Origin: Eledone cirrhosa
Lineage: Eukaryota
NCBI GenBank assembly: GCA_964016885.1
Contig: OZ024746.1
Span: 7,254,001 to 7,318,000 of the forward strand
Reading direction: 5' to 3'
Length of the DNA stretch: 64,000 nt
Position numbers and translations under genes: made by a program. The notes below the pieces were generated by a model. It saw nothing but the letters and a program-made list of their open reading frames with translations. It searched no databases and was not told where the DNA came from. Numbering within the stretch: position 1 is the stretch's first letter; every line of letters starts with the position of its first letter. Below, piece after piece: positions 50,694 to 63,430 of the stretch.

Positions 50694-50846
50694 TTTGGAA
50701 AAATAAAACAGGAAAAAGGTTAAAACAAATACACAGAAAAAACAAACAAAACAAAAATAAAAAGAACAAGAACAAGAAAAAGATGCAGTTGTGTGACAAG
50801 GGTGGTCAAAGAGAAAGAACAACAATCACTGTAATACTTAACTGAC

Positions 50847-50908
50847 CTCAACACCTGCTTTACTGTTTTCTGGACAATCAATGTCATCAGTATTGTTCAA
50901 TGTGGTGC
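50847..50908 (-). CDS. LLGL: Lgl C-tail exon (GTTLNNTDDIDCPENSKAGVE)
   Basis: TTTTTCAG acceptor, GAG|GTCAGT donor, 62 nt, phase 1/0. Confidence 0.68.
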
Positions 50909-51439
50909 CTGAAAAATTACATATAAGTCATCATCTGCTGTAGTAGATAGAAGTAGCCATCATCACCCTGCCTAACATAGTTATATAAGTCATCATCATT
51001 GGGAAAGACCCCAACAAAGCAATCAGCTATATTTCTTTTGTTTTGAAATCAGCCATTTGCTGGCCCTCAACATATGGAGAACTTCAGATGTGTCCTGCTC
51101 CCAAAATTCAATGAGCTAAATCTCAATTATGTGAAGTAAGTAAGTTTAACTACTTAACCTTAGATTATTACTGTTATTTATTTCCATAGCTATTAAGGCA
51201 TGCTGGGGGGGTAACATTCAGACAGAATGCAAGTTTGACAACCAAGCAACCATTATTATAACTTTGTGGAGTCAGATCTTCAAACTGTGCATGCTCTCTT
51301 AGGTTTATTCTATCCAAAACAATACAAATGCATCAATAAATATAAAGGAAAAATGACATAACACAACAGTCTATATAATTCCATATATATAGTTTCATCA
51401 GAAGCAAGCATTATATAGGAACTCCATTCTCTGCCCCAA

Positions 51440-52403
51440 ATGCAAACAATGGGTACACAAGAGATGTAGCGGGATCTCAGGAAGCTTAACTAAGAATGTA
51501 GGCTTCAAATGTAGCAGCTGTGCTGGGACAGCAAGCAGCAAACAGCCACAGGAAACAAGTACCACCAAACTCTGGGAGGGCTCTGTAGAAATAGTAGACA
51601 GCTTCTGTTACCTAGGTGACCGAATGTGGGTGTTCAGAAAGTACAATAACTAGGGTAAGAATGGGATGGAAGAAGTTCAGGGAGCTACTGCCACTGCTAG
51701 CTGCAAAAGGCTTTTCCCTCAAAATGAAAGGTAGACTGTATGATGCGTGTATACGGACAGCAATGTTACATGGTAGTGAAACCTGGGCGCTGTCTGTGGA
51801 AGACTTGCATAGATTAGAAAGAAATGAAGCCTGCATGCTCCGATGGATGTGTAATAGTAATATACGCGAACGACAAAGCATAAACGAATTGAGAGAGAGA
51901 CTGAGCATAAGAGGAATCAAATGCTGTGTGCAGGAGAGGCGGTTGCATTGGTATGGACATGTGATGTGTATGAAGGATGACAGCTGCATAAAAAGGTGCA
52001 GAGCAGTAGAAGTCGATGGAAACCGCGGAGTGGGGAGACCCAAGAAGACCTGGGATGAGGTGATAAAAGCCGACCTTACCCAATTACACCTCTCAAAGGC
52101 AATGACACACGACCGTGACCTCTGGCGTCACGCTGTAATACAGAAGACCCGACCCCCCATGGGTACAAGCCAAAGCTGAAGCATATAGACAATATGCCCC
52201 CACACCCTCCCACTGCAAAAAAGCACCCAGCACTCACTGTAAATCAGGTTGGTGTTAGGAAGGGCATCCAGCTGTAGAAATCAAGCCAGAATCAGTCCAC
52301 GTATGAGCAAGACAAGGTCAGCCGACCGGACACTGCCCACAACAGGACAACCCGTCTAACCCATGCTAGCATGGAAGAACGGACGTAAAACGGTGATGAT
52401 GAT
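51440..52403 (+). mobile_element. 5'-truncated RTE-clade LINE (RT C-terminus, 3' UTR, (GAT)n tail), antisense in an Lgl intron
   Basis: VDSFCYLGD followed by ORF 51616-52179 (GWKKFRELLPLL..LYDAC..MLHGSETW..RRLHWYGHV..GRPKKTW); ends CCCATGCTAGCATGGAAGAACGGACGTAAAACGGTGATGATGAT. Confidence 0.9.
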
Positions 52404-52491
52404 ATACAGACTATTTAACTATATTTGTTGGAGATTGGAAAATGATACTTTAAAAGTGTAACCAACCGAAAAACAATATAAATGATACTAC

Positions 52492-52598
52492 CTTCTGTTG
52501 TTGTTGTTATAGTTGTTGTGGTGATAGTTGTTGCATTTTCATGAACAGTTTCAGTAGTGATTGGTGAAGCCGTTGGACTGAGGGTTCCAGCATCAGAT
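52492..52598 (-). CDS. LLGL: Lgl Thr-rich C-tail exon (SDAGTLSPTASPITTETVHENATTITTTTITTTTE)
   Basis: TTCGTAG acceptor, G|GTAGT donor, 107 nt, phase 2/1; needed for phase continuity. Confidence 0.68.
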
Positions 52599-52763
52599 CT
52601 ACGAAGGCGGAAACAATAAAAGAAATTAAATTTTCCCATTAATGTGGTAGACACACAGACACAATATTATACATTTAGATAAAAAACATTTCATGTATCA
52701 ATACATATATTTGAGTATACATATATTTAGTTCTCAATATACTGAATAGTGTTGCTTTCCAGA

Positions 52764-53197
52764 TTAACCCTTTAATTACCAAAACCCTTTAATTTGGCTT
52801 GGCCAAAACCAGTTCTGGTTCTAAGAAATAAACCCACCCATTTTAACCCTTTAATTACCAACCCAAGCCAAAACCAGTTCTGGTTCTATGAAATAAAACC
52901 ACCCATTTCAACCCTTTAGTTACCAAACTGACCAAATCCAGCTCTGGTTCTATGAAATAAAACCACCCATTTCAACCCTTTAGTTACCAAACTGACCAAA
53001 TCCAGCTCTGGTTCTATGAAATAAAACCACCCATTTTAAAGGTTTCCAATAAAAATCTTCCAACATAAATTTATATAAGAACCTTACATTAAGTTACTAC
53101 CTTAGTAATGAAATAATAAACAATTTTAGTAAAACCGTTGAAGTTCTTAACTAATTGAAATAGTATTTCATTAGAAATGGGGACATGAAAGGGTTAA
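52764..53197. mobile_element. piggyBac-like MITE, same family as 36345-36759
   Basis: TTAA-CCCTTT ... AAAGGG-TTAA; same internal tandem units and 3' body. Confidence 0.75.
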
Positions 53198-53454
53198 AAT
53201 AAAATGTTGACAACTTCCTATAATGTTCACAACTTTATATAATGTTGACAACTTTATACAATGTTGACAACTTTATATAATGTTGACAACTTTATATAAT
53301 GTTGACAAATCTGAAAAATTAATTTGAGACCGAAGAGTACAGAAAATTGAATTGTATCACAAATCTACAGCTAATTGGCTGACATCAGATGAAATGCTAA
53401 GAAAATATACATTAGTTTAACTTTTTTTAAAATAACTGGTGTAATTGATAATGC

Positions 53455-53606
53455 ATGAGGGTCAGCTGAAAAGTTCATATGCTGACTGTGAAATCTTGCA
53501 TGCATTAATTTCAACTCATCTTCTTAACAACTACATTGTTTCCTTCCAGGGACTATGTTGAAAAATAGACCTCATTTGGTCATTCCAAGAGTATCTTGGT
53601 CAGGTG
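53455..53606. mobile_element. Mariner-like MITE remnant (related copy at ~33-250)
   Basis: GAGGGTCAGCTGAAAAGTTCATA terminus; CTCATTTGGTCATT..GAGTATCTTGGTCAG is the reverse complement of 59-94. Confidence 0.45.
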
Positions 53607-53927
53607 AGCCTCACAGCATCACCTCAGCTCTTAATCTCTCATAACTGTCACTTGGTCAGTTGACCCTCAACCCCTCCATCCTGTGTACATGACCAACATT
53701 GTACAAATGTTCAATAGTAAATCTAATAAAATATTTCCTGCAAAAACTCATTCCAGCTACCTGTAAAATATTGTGAATGGCAGTAGAAGAGGGAGAGGGG
53801 TGTGGGGTAAACTGGAGAGGGTGTGGGGCAAACTGGTGAGGTCAAGGGACCTGCAAAGCTGTCCCCTACTTTAGTGTTGAAATGTCTGTTTTTGGATCTG
53901 TCATGGAAAATACCAAATCAATACAAT

Positions 53928-54075
53928 ATGATGATCAATGACTGATGATGATCAATGACTAATGATGATCAATGACTAATGATGATCAATGACTGGTGAT
54001 CAATGACTGATGATCAATGACTGATGATCAATGACTGATGATCAATGACTGATGATGATCAATGACTCAGATGAT
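53928..54075. repeat. 14/17-bp minisatellite
   Basis: Unit (GAT)GATGATCAATGACT. Confidence 0.9.
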
Positions 54076-54138
54076 AGCTACTGTTAAATAAATACTACAT
54101 TTAATCAAGTCATTCCATCAGTTAATATTGACCTGGAA

Positions 54139-55577
54139 TGTCTGACTAGACATATATTACCAGTGACTGTCTGACTAGACATATATTACCAGTGACTGTC
54201 TAACTAGACATATATTACCAGTGACTGTCTAACTAGACATATTACCAGTGACTGACTAGACATATATTACCAGTGACTGTCTGACTAGACATATATTACC
54301 AGTGACTGTCTGACTAGACATATATTACCAGTGACTGTCTGACTAGACATATATTACCAGTGACTGTCTAACTAGACATATATTACCAGTGACTGACTGA
54401 CTAGACACATATTACCAGTGACTGTCTGACTAGACATATATTACCAGTGACTGTCTAACTAAACATATATTACCAGTGACTGACTAGACATATATTACCA
54501 GTGACTGACTGACTAGACATATATTACCAGTGACTGTCTGACTAGACATATATTACCAGTGACTGTCTGACTAGACATATATTACCAGTGACTGTCTGAC
54601 TAGACATATATTACCAGTGACTGTCTAACTAGACATATTACCAGTGACTGTCTGACTAGACATATATTACCAGTGACTGTCTAACTAAACATATATTACC
54701 AGTGACTGACTAGACATATATTACCAGTGACTGACTGACTAGACATATATTACCAGTGACTGTCTGACTAGACATATATTACCAGTGACTGTCTAACTAG
54801 ACATATATTACCAGTGACTGTCTAACTAGACATATTACCAGTGACTGTCTGACTAGACATATATTACCAGTGACTGTCTAACTAGACATATATTACCAGT
54901 GACTGTCTAACTAGACATATATTACCAGTGACTGTCTAACTAGACATATATTACCAGTGACTGTCTAACTAAACATATATTACCAGTGACTGTCTAACTA
55001 AACATATATTACCAGTGACTGACTAGACATATATTACCAGTGACTGACTGACTAGACATATATTACCAGTGACTGTCTGACTAGACATATATTACCAGTG
55101 ACTGTCTAACTAGACATATATTACCAGTGACTGTCTAACTAGACATATTACCAGTGACTGTCTGACTAGACATATATTACCAGTGACTGTCTAACTAGAC
55201 ATATATTACCAGTGACTGTCTAACTAGACATATATTACCAGTGACTGTCTAACTAGACATATATTACCAGTGACTGTCTAACTGCACATATATTACCAGT
55301 GACTGTCTAACTAGACATATATTACCAGTGACTGTCTGACTAGACATATATTACCAGTGACTGTCTAACTAGACATATATTACCAGTGACTGACTGACTA
55401 GACATATATTACCACTGACTGACTGTCTGACTAGACATATATTGCCAGTGACTGACTGTCTGACTAGACATATATTACCAGTGACTGACTGTCTGACTAG
55501 ACATATATTGCCAGTGACTGACTAGACATATATTACCAGTGACTGACTGACTAGACATATATTACCAGTGACTGTCT
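54139..55577. repeat. 29-bp minisatellite, about 50 copies (Lgl intron)
   Basis: Unit GACTGTCTGACTAGACATATATTACCAGT with 25-33-bp variants. Confidence 0.97.
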
Positions 55578-56713
55578 CAAGTCTTTCCTCTCACACCCAC
55601 AACCTTGATACATACTGTATGAAAAAGAATAAAGCAGTAATAATATAAATATAAAGTACTTAGCTAGTATAACTACCAAAATATAAAGTACTTAGTATAA
55701 CTACCAAAATATATTAGTTTCAATACATGACAATTCAAATCTCTCAAGCCAAATATGTATAATAAAATACAAACAAATATATATTGATGTGAAAAAGGCT
55801 TCAATTATTTTTTAAACCAGTTTAATGAGAAGAAAAGGTATTTAAACAGTGGAATGAGAGAAAACAACTGTAATTCTGAATAAAAGGCAAAACAATGAAA
55901 AGGCATAACGAGCAAAACTTAACAGAAACATGCAATAAACATGCAACAGAGAAGATGACAATTATAATGGCTATGTTGGCATGAAGCCAGAGATTTTTAA
56001 AAAGGTGTAAATAAGGAGTTGTGATGTTCACATCTTTCTCTAAGTATTTTATTTTAAATTAAAAGTCAGTATTAAGTTTTAAAGCTAGAATGTTACAGTA
56101 TTATGTGTATAAGATGTATATACATGAATTTATTCATATGTATACCTAAAACTAGTTTTAAGTGTCCTATTTGCTAATTTGAAATGTTTTCAATGAGTTT
56201 TATTAGTGTTTACCTACAAAACTTAAAGTTTATTAACTCTAGTACAACTAATATAATCATTATATATTAACTTTAGTACAACTAATATAATTACTATATA
56301 TTAACTTCAGTACAACTAATATAATCAGCATGGCATAGCATTTAAAAAAAAGTTTTGTATGCTCAGAGGAATGTTTATTTGAATAGAGGGTTTGAGGGGA
56401 ATGGTAGGAGTAATAGTGGTTTTAAGCAAGAGTACCGAAGGGGAGGGGGAGCTACTGCCTGTCTATAAAGTATTACAGGATTGTAAAAAGATAAAGAATT
56501 CTTTAGTTTATTCTCTTTAAGAACTTTAGAAGCTACACCCCCCCCAACCACCACCACCACCAGGACATGAAAAGATTGTCAAACCTGAGGCTAAGAGAAA
56601 TATGGCAGAAAATTCTAAAGAAAGACGGTAGTTAAGAGAGAGGAAAATATTGCCATTAATTTGGGTCTGTTTTCTGGCTGTGATGGACAGAGTTATATAG
56701 AGTTACTGGATAA

Positions 56714-56900
56714 GGGGTGAGGGCTGGGTAGTGGTGGTGAGGGCAGGGTAGAGGTGGTGAGGGCTAGGTGGTGGTGGTGAGGACAGGGTAGAGGTGGTGA
56801 GGGCTGGGTGGTGGTGGTGAGAGCTGGGTGGTGGTGGTGAGAGCTGGGTGGTGGTGGTGAGGGCTGGGTGGTAGTGGTGAGGGATGGGTGGTGGTGAGGG
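56714..56900. repeat. G-rich 21-bp minisatellite
   Basis: Unit GAGGGCTGGGTGGTGGTGGT(G). Confidence 0.85.
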
Positions 56901-57548
56901 TTGATCTCAAGATATTGGAGCTTTATAAAGGAGAACCTGTGTTGAAACTGACCATACAAACCAAGCCATCATAGAAAGGACCAGCAAACGTAAAAAGATG
57001 ACATAGATGTCACTAATCCTAAAAGAAATCTCGATACAGTGTAATTAGATTCTCTATCTTCCAGATGTACATATGAAACAACTAAAACTACTTTTGTCTC
57101 ATAACAAAAGATTTTATAAAACAAAGATGTTTATTGTTGTAATTCCAATTGAAAGAAAGTAAAAACTAGGAGTATTTAGTGAAACTATAGTGCAGGAAAT
57201 AAAAAGTGCAGGTGATTATTATAAAAAATAAAACAAATTTAATATTTTTTTCAATAAATAATAATTATCTAGAGGAAACCATTATGTATTTAAATAATAA
57301 TCATATTAAACTAATAATATTTTTTTTGTGGGGTATATTTTGTCAAACAATGTGATGCTGAATTAGTGAGTAAAAGCAGAAGTTTGGGAAAGAAGAGTTT
57401 AAAAGAGATTATATTAACAGCCAGTAAATTGAGAATTAGTAAAGCTAAGATATATTAGAATCATCACTGTGAGCAGTAAAGAACTGAGAAGAAAAATGCT
57501 GCATGCTGCTTTGAGCCAAGCATTGGCCATGGCTAACAAAATACTTAC

Positions 57549-57701
57549 GCTACATCTATGATACTATCTTGAGAGATATCACCTGTGGTGGTGTCAGCCC
57601 GAGAACTGTTGTGCTGGGTGTCATCACTCAATCCCTCAACATTTTCAGCAACATCGTTATTTGTCTCGGTGCCTTCCGGTCCATCTGCTTCACCCTCTCT
57701 G
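57549..57701 (-). CDS. LLGL: Lgl acidic C-tail exon (REGEADGPEG...GDISQDSIIDV)
   Basis: TTTTCCAGCAG acceptor, GTAAGT donor, 153 nt, phase 2/2, open frame. Confidence 0.8.
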
Positions 57702-58836
57702 CTGGAAAACATGGCGATAGAGAGGCATCGAGACCCAATAACCCAACGAATCAATAGCTGATGACCATTACACAGTGCTATCATTCCATCTTATCAGTAA
57801 ACTACTAAAATTTCATTTAAAGTTTTACCATTTCTTTTTGTATCTTTACAGAAATTTAAAGGTTGCCCAAGTTGAAGTTTTCAGAGTTTAATGAGGGTTT
57901 AACAACTAATTTACTGTAATGTAGCGCATGAAAATATACTAGCTTGAATTTTATTTTAGGATTGTAGACTCCCTTCGGTTATGCACCTAGAAAGTTCCTC
58001 TCCGAGACACAAGCCTGGGTAAGGAGTTTTTGTGAAAGACCAGCAGTTGCCTGTGCATACCAATCTCTCACCTTCGTGCCACCAATGTTGTTCAAGGGAT
58101 AAGTAAAAAGTGATCAGCTTGGCACCAGTAACATCACAACTCGTTCCAAGCTGAGTGAACTGGAGTAATGTAAAATAAAGTGTCTTGCTTAAGACCAAAA
58201 CGCACCACCTGATTATGATCCCAACAGTCTAACCACTAAGCCATGCACCTTCTTTTAAAATAGACATTCACTAACATCACAATAATGTGGTAGCTAAAAC
58301 AAACTAAAAAACAATTTCTTTACTATTAATATTTTTTCACAGGATGAAAGCAGTTACTAACACCATGTCTATTAGACAATATATAATGGCTATTTTGTAA
58401 CATTTATTGAACTTTTAATGACAGTGAGAGGGGAGGGCATCATTTCACTACTGTACAATTTAAAGAGAAATGCATGGCCTTGATAGTTAAATATCATAGT
58501 ATCTAATTTTACATTCTTGATTTACTGGAAATTCCATATTGGGCTAATAAAAGAAGTACCAGTAATATATTGGTATCTTTTAACTATCTGCTCCTTCTTG
58601 GACACTAATAAAAGGGTTTAACATTCCATTTTGTGGTAGAAAATAAATTTGAATTATTTTAATTCCTGATTTTGTTTTCCACTTTTAGTAGATTAATAGT
58701 AATAAATGGGAGTGGCCTCCTGTGAAACTTTAAACCGAGAGGAAATAATATGAAAGTTAAACAAGCATTAGTGATTCATTTGTTAGGTTAAGAAGCAGTT
58801 TCCTTAACCCTTAGGGTCCTAGTGCAGAGAAAGGAT

Positions 58837-58868
<32 letters not shown>

Positions 58869-59989
58869 TTAATGACACAACACCAAAAGAAGAAAAGGGA
58901 CATCAGGCATTCTCTAAGATGTAATATACATATAGAGAACAGGTACAAGGTTTCACATACATATTTAACTACATATATTATATATGTGTGTGTAGAATAT
59001 CTACAGGAATAAGTACTATATAGAAACTATTCTAAATGTAATGACAGAAACCATGCATTTATTTTTTTCCACAATAGTAAAAAATATAAAACAGTATAGA
59101 GAATAAAATTATACAAAATTTAAAAGACTTAAAGCTAATTTTTGTCGTTAGTATTATAATTGGAGCTATTAGTGACATTTAAACAACAGTTTACAATAAA
59201 CATGCAGTTATATAGACAAATTTATATAGTTACTATGAAATAATATATTCAACATTGTACTTATATTAAGTTTAAATAGATATCACATTAAGCTATCTCG
59301 CAAGTTGGAGTGAAATTTATCATTCATTTGAATCTGATGTGACATCAATTTAAAACCCAAAGAGATAAATAGAGAGTGAGAAGGACTGAGATAGAGATAG
59401 TAATGAAATTGGACCCTTTCATGACCAGATTCCCTTAAATATAAATATTTCCTAGTATATAAACAATCATCCCGTTGGTTTCAACAACTGAGATAGTATA
59501 ATTATTAGCAGACAAATTACTTAAATTACAAATGTTATGATTTCTCATCATGAAAGGGTGAACAACCAAGACAGACTAACCAACATATTACGATACACTT
59601 TAGAGTTGACAATGTGGATGCTGAAGAAAGGAATATTTCTCCAGAGAGATCCCACTAAATGACACACTGCTTCAAATGAAGGCTTTCTAATCAAATGTAC
59701 TCACGTGAAATACCATTTCAAGTAAAGTTCCAGAACAATTTGATAGAATTGCAAAACCACAGAAAACCCCTAAGATCTTTCCTTGAGCAGAAAAATTAAC
59801 ACATGCAGCCAAAATTAATTTCTTTAGGATTAAAGCTATAAACCAGATATATTTGTAAAATATTCAATTATCCAATAAGCTTATTAAAAAAAAACAACCC
59901 TTAAGTAGCATTAAATTAACCAAAAATGATTTTAAAATAAATACTCATGCTCCCAACAATTTAAGGGAAGACTGAGCAACAGATCTTAC

Positions 59990-60229
59990 AGTTGATTAGC
60001 AGGGTTCTCTGTGGATGGGGCATTCACTTGTTCTGAAGGTTCTGCAGGTTCTGTTTCTAGTAAAGCTTCAGGCTCAGGAACTGGTTCAGGTCGCATTCCC
60101 TCCGGCAATTCTACAGAGCAGTTTGGTTGTGTAACATAACGTTTTGATAACGATGTTCGACAAAACTCAGATGAACAGATCAAATGGAAACCTTGACCAT
60201 TCTTGGTGAAAATGAAAGATGAAATCCCA
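59990..60229 (-). CDS. LLGL: Lgl exon (GISSFIFTKNGQGFHLICSSEFCR...)
   Basis: GIxSxxFTxxGQGFxLxxxSEF motif; CAG acceptor, GTAAG donor; 240 nt, phase 2/2. Confidence 0.93.
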
Positions 60230-60622
60230 CTGGAAAACATATCAAGAGAATTAATAAGGTGAAAATTTATACAACAAAAAATATCAAAATTGTACAAAAA
60301 CAGATAATAATGGTTTCTGATTTAGGCACAAGGCCAGCAATTTCAGGAGGGGAAATTTGATTAAATCGACCCCAGTGTATGACTGGTACTTTATTTTATC
60401 AACCTCCTAGCTGGAACTTCTCTCTATTGCCTCTGCTTTCAAACATGTATGTATATTACAAAATGTCATTCTATTTTTTTTACACCAAACATACACTTTA
60501 CCCGTAAACTTATCAAGACCTGTAAGTAATTATATTCCTTCTATATATTGATAATCCAGTAATTGTAGGGTCACTGCTGGCCTCTGTTGGAAGAGAATCA
60601 TTAAATGAAGAATATATCTTAC

Positions 60623-60743
60623 TTTAGGTCTTCTTTCTTAATGGAATTTTCGAACAGTTGTAACCGGAGACTTGGTAGAGTATAGATTCTTAAGTCTCCA
60701 AGATTAGTCAAGCAAGCAATATCAAATTCACTGTAATTTTCAT
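60623..60743 (-). CDS. LLGL: Lgl exon (DENYSEFDIACLTNLGDLRIYTLPSLRLQLFENSIKKEDL)
   Basis: Conserved CLTNLGD...LPxLR motif; TAG acceptor, GTAAG donor; 121 nt, phase 1/2. Confidence 0.93.
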
Positions 60744-60965
60744 CTACAAAGAGAAAAGATGTACATGAAAAATACATATGTAGACATAAAATAGTGGGGT
60801 TAGCTTATATTTGAGTATATACAGTTGGACAACCCGTCTAACCCATGCTAGCATGGAAGAATGGCCGTAAAACGGTGATGATGATGACAGTAAATATTGA
60901 GATTGAGAATACGTGCAAAGGGACATTTGATGATGATGATGATTAAATATTAAATAACTACTTAC

Positions 60966-61071
60966 CGCTACGACTCCTAAAGTTGACAAAAGAAACTTTC
61001 CGAATCATTGATCCATCCATTACTGTAATTTTGCGCTTGCACACTGGTTTTAGATTAGGAAGAGAAAATAC
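60966..61071 (-). CDS. LLGL: Lgl exon (VFSLPNLKPVCKRKITVMDGSMIRKVSFVNFRSRS)
   Basis: Completes SEEQFK|VFSLP; CAG acceptor, GTAAGT donor; 106 nt, phase 0/1. Confidence 0.93.
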
Positions 61072-61858
61072 CTGTGGCAGGTGGAACATCGAAGAAAAAA
61101 AAATATTAATATAAAAACATCAGCAATAAGACTATCATTAATTAGTTGGACATGCTCAGTTTAAAAACAAAGTATTTTATGCACAGCTGAGATAATCAGA
61201 CATAATAATAGCAAATGTGTGTATATTTATATATTTATTTGTCACTGAAAGGGAGATGACTGAGGAAGGGGTGGTGATAAAACTATAGAAAAGACCAACA
61301 TTCTCACAGTTTGAATATAATTTTACACATTTGTTATCTAAAATATGTCTACTAAATAACCTAGAATATTTGCTTGTGTCATATATATACTTTTAACTCC
61401 TTTGATACTAACATAAAGTATAATTCAATGAAATAAAACCAGCCCTTTTAAGGGGTTCCTATTTGAATTAAAATCTCCCAGTATAAATTTGATATAAAAA
61501 CTTTTTCATAGCATATCTTAATATCATCATAGTTTTAACATCCACTATCCCTGCAAGGGTTAGACAAGTCTACATAGACCAAGTCAGTACTGAAGCAGTG
61601 GTTACTGATCTCCCAGACAAGCCAGGGATCTGTTGTCTCGCTTATGTGTGATCACACAACTGAGGGTCCTCCCAACCCTTTGTTTGGCAAGCTTTCTACA
61701 GCTGGATGCCCTTCTTATCACCAACCAGTTTCGTTTTTGTAAATCTTTCCAAATTCTTCATTAATTAATTGAACTACAGCATATTTCATTAGCAAAATGG
61801 TAAAGAAATGGTTAAACATATTTCAATGACATCAAACTTCAACAAAGATGTAACTGAC

Positions 61859-62142
61859 CTTGAACTGTTCTTCTGAGCAAACAACTAGCTGGTGTTCCCC
61901 ACTCATATCTGCAGCTTTGGCACGTTCATGTAATACTTCAAGGGGTTCTGGTAATACACGAGCTCTTTTATCAATAACGGCCATAGAAATCACAGGAGCT
62001 CTATGGCGTAGTTTTATTTCTTTAGCAAGGAATGAACTTACAGATTCAGAGGCACGTTTGTCACTAGGTGGTATTGTTATTGTGTAGATGTATACATATC
62101 CAGCATTGGTACCTACCCACAGTGTAGGCTGATGAGATGTAC
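61859..62142 (-). CDS. LLGL: Lgl exon (PTLWVGTNAG...LAKEIKLRHRAPV...HQLVVCSEEQFK)
   Basis: Lgl C-terminal propeller motifs; CAG acceptor, GTCAGT donor; 284 nt, phase 1/0. Confidence 0.95.
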
Positions 62143-62463
62143 CTGGAGAAAAACAAAACAAATATATTTTACTGTTTCAGAAAGTCTCTACAATGCAGTA
62201 GAAATAAACAACACGTTGAAATACACTTTGTTTACTTTTGTCATTTGATCTTTCTATGTTTCTAAAAATATTTGTGCAGGTTAACAAGAGATACATTCAG
62301 GCCTGAGGTAGTGAGGTCTGTTTAAAATATATTGCAGTCTCCTATTTAAAAAATAATTGGTTAACAGAAACAGTGGAATACTAGATTAAATAGTTCAGAA
62401 TATTTAGTTTAAAATTCGAATTTTACAAAAATTGGCTTCAGTCAATAAAATAAATATCAGTAG

Positions 62464-62680
62464 GTGTGGTATGGTAGATATCACCCTCTCTCACAGGGGT
62501 CTGTGTGTGGGTATGATAGATATCACCATCTCTCACAGGGTCTGTGTGGGTATGGTAGAAATCACCCTCTCTCACAGGGTCTGTGTGGGTATAGTAGATA
62601 TCACCCTCTCTCACGGGGGTGTCTGTGTGGGTATAGTAGATATCACCCCAACTGTCACAGGGGTCTCTGTGTAGGTATAG
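62464..62680. repeat. About 39-bp minisatellite, 5 copies (Lgl intron)
   Basis: Unit GTGTGGGTATGGTAGATATCACCCTCTCTCACAGGGTCT. Confidence 0.9.
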
Positions 62681-62735
62681 TATGGTATAATATGATAGAT
62701 AGTAGACTGAAATACAATTTAATGAAGTTACTTAC

Positions 62736-62923
62736 TGTTGATTGCAAAGGTATCTGCAAAATACAAGAATCTCACTATTGAGGCCATGGAATCATCCAAA
62801 CTTCTGGCTTCTACTTGCCGTTCCATTGGTTTAATCTCTGGAGATGATGACAAGGGAGAAGCACTAGCAGAAGCCCCTTCAGCTGGTGCTGTACCTTCAG
62901 CTATTTCTCCACCCTCAATCTCA
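62736..62923 (-). CDS. LLGL: Lethal(2) giant larvae homolog, exon (EIEGG...ERQVEARSLDDSMASIVRFLYFADTFAIN); gene continues upstream
   Basis: Minus-strand translation contains the Lgl motif ExRSxDDSxxxxVRxLYFADTF; TATAG acceptor, GTAAGT donor. Confidence 0.92.
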
Positions 62924-63200
62924 CTATAAGCAACAAGTAGACAAAAATATAAAAATGATAGCTACCTCTTACTTTTCATTTCATCTGTTTTTTTAAATTT
63001 TGTGATTTATGTTGAAAATACAAACCAAAATACTATTTGTTAACATTTCAAAGCCAGAGAAACTGAAATACCTGAGTTTATTTGTTAAGTTATTAAAAAT
63101 ATTGAGAAAGTCAAGAGTTTATTTGTTTTATTTTAATTTTAATGATGAATATATTGAATACTTAACATTAGCACATTAACCCCCAAATATGCAGTTTCAG

Positions 63201-63238
<38 letters not shown>

Positions 63239-63244
<6 letters not shown>

Positions 63245-63430
63245 ATTAGAAAGCGAACAACACAAAATATAACTACTCCATTACCAAAGGTTTCTGGATC
63301 ACAGACAATAATAATATATACGTCTGGATCCTTCGTCAGATAGAGATGTATGTATTATTATCGTCTGTGATCCAGAAACCTTTGGTAATGGAGTAGTTAT
63401 ATTTTGTGTTGTTCGCTTTCTAATTAAATA
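63239..63430. repeat. Inverted repeat, 87-bp arms with an 18-nt spacer
   Basis: 63239-63325 versus 63344-63430, 3 mismatches; abuts (TA)n. Confidence 0.95.
63276..63345 (-). ncRNA. Type I hammerhead motif inside an inverted repeat, presumed Lgl intron
   Basis: Minus strand: CUCUAU-CUGACGA-A-GGAUCCAGAC..GUCUG(U)GAUCC-A-GAA-ACC-UUU-GGU-A/AUGGAG. Confidence 0.7.

Noticed and set aside
59592-59654. Possible 63-nt cassette or alternative last exon of Lgl (LGISLEKYSFLQHPHCQL*)
   Set aside because: Weak pyrimidine tract and donor, an in-frame stop, and the flanking exons join in phase without it. Needs RNA evidence.
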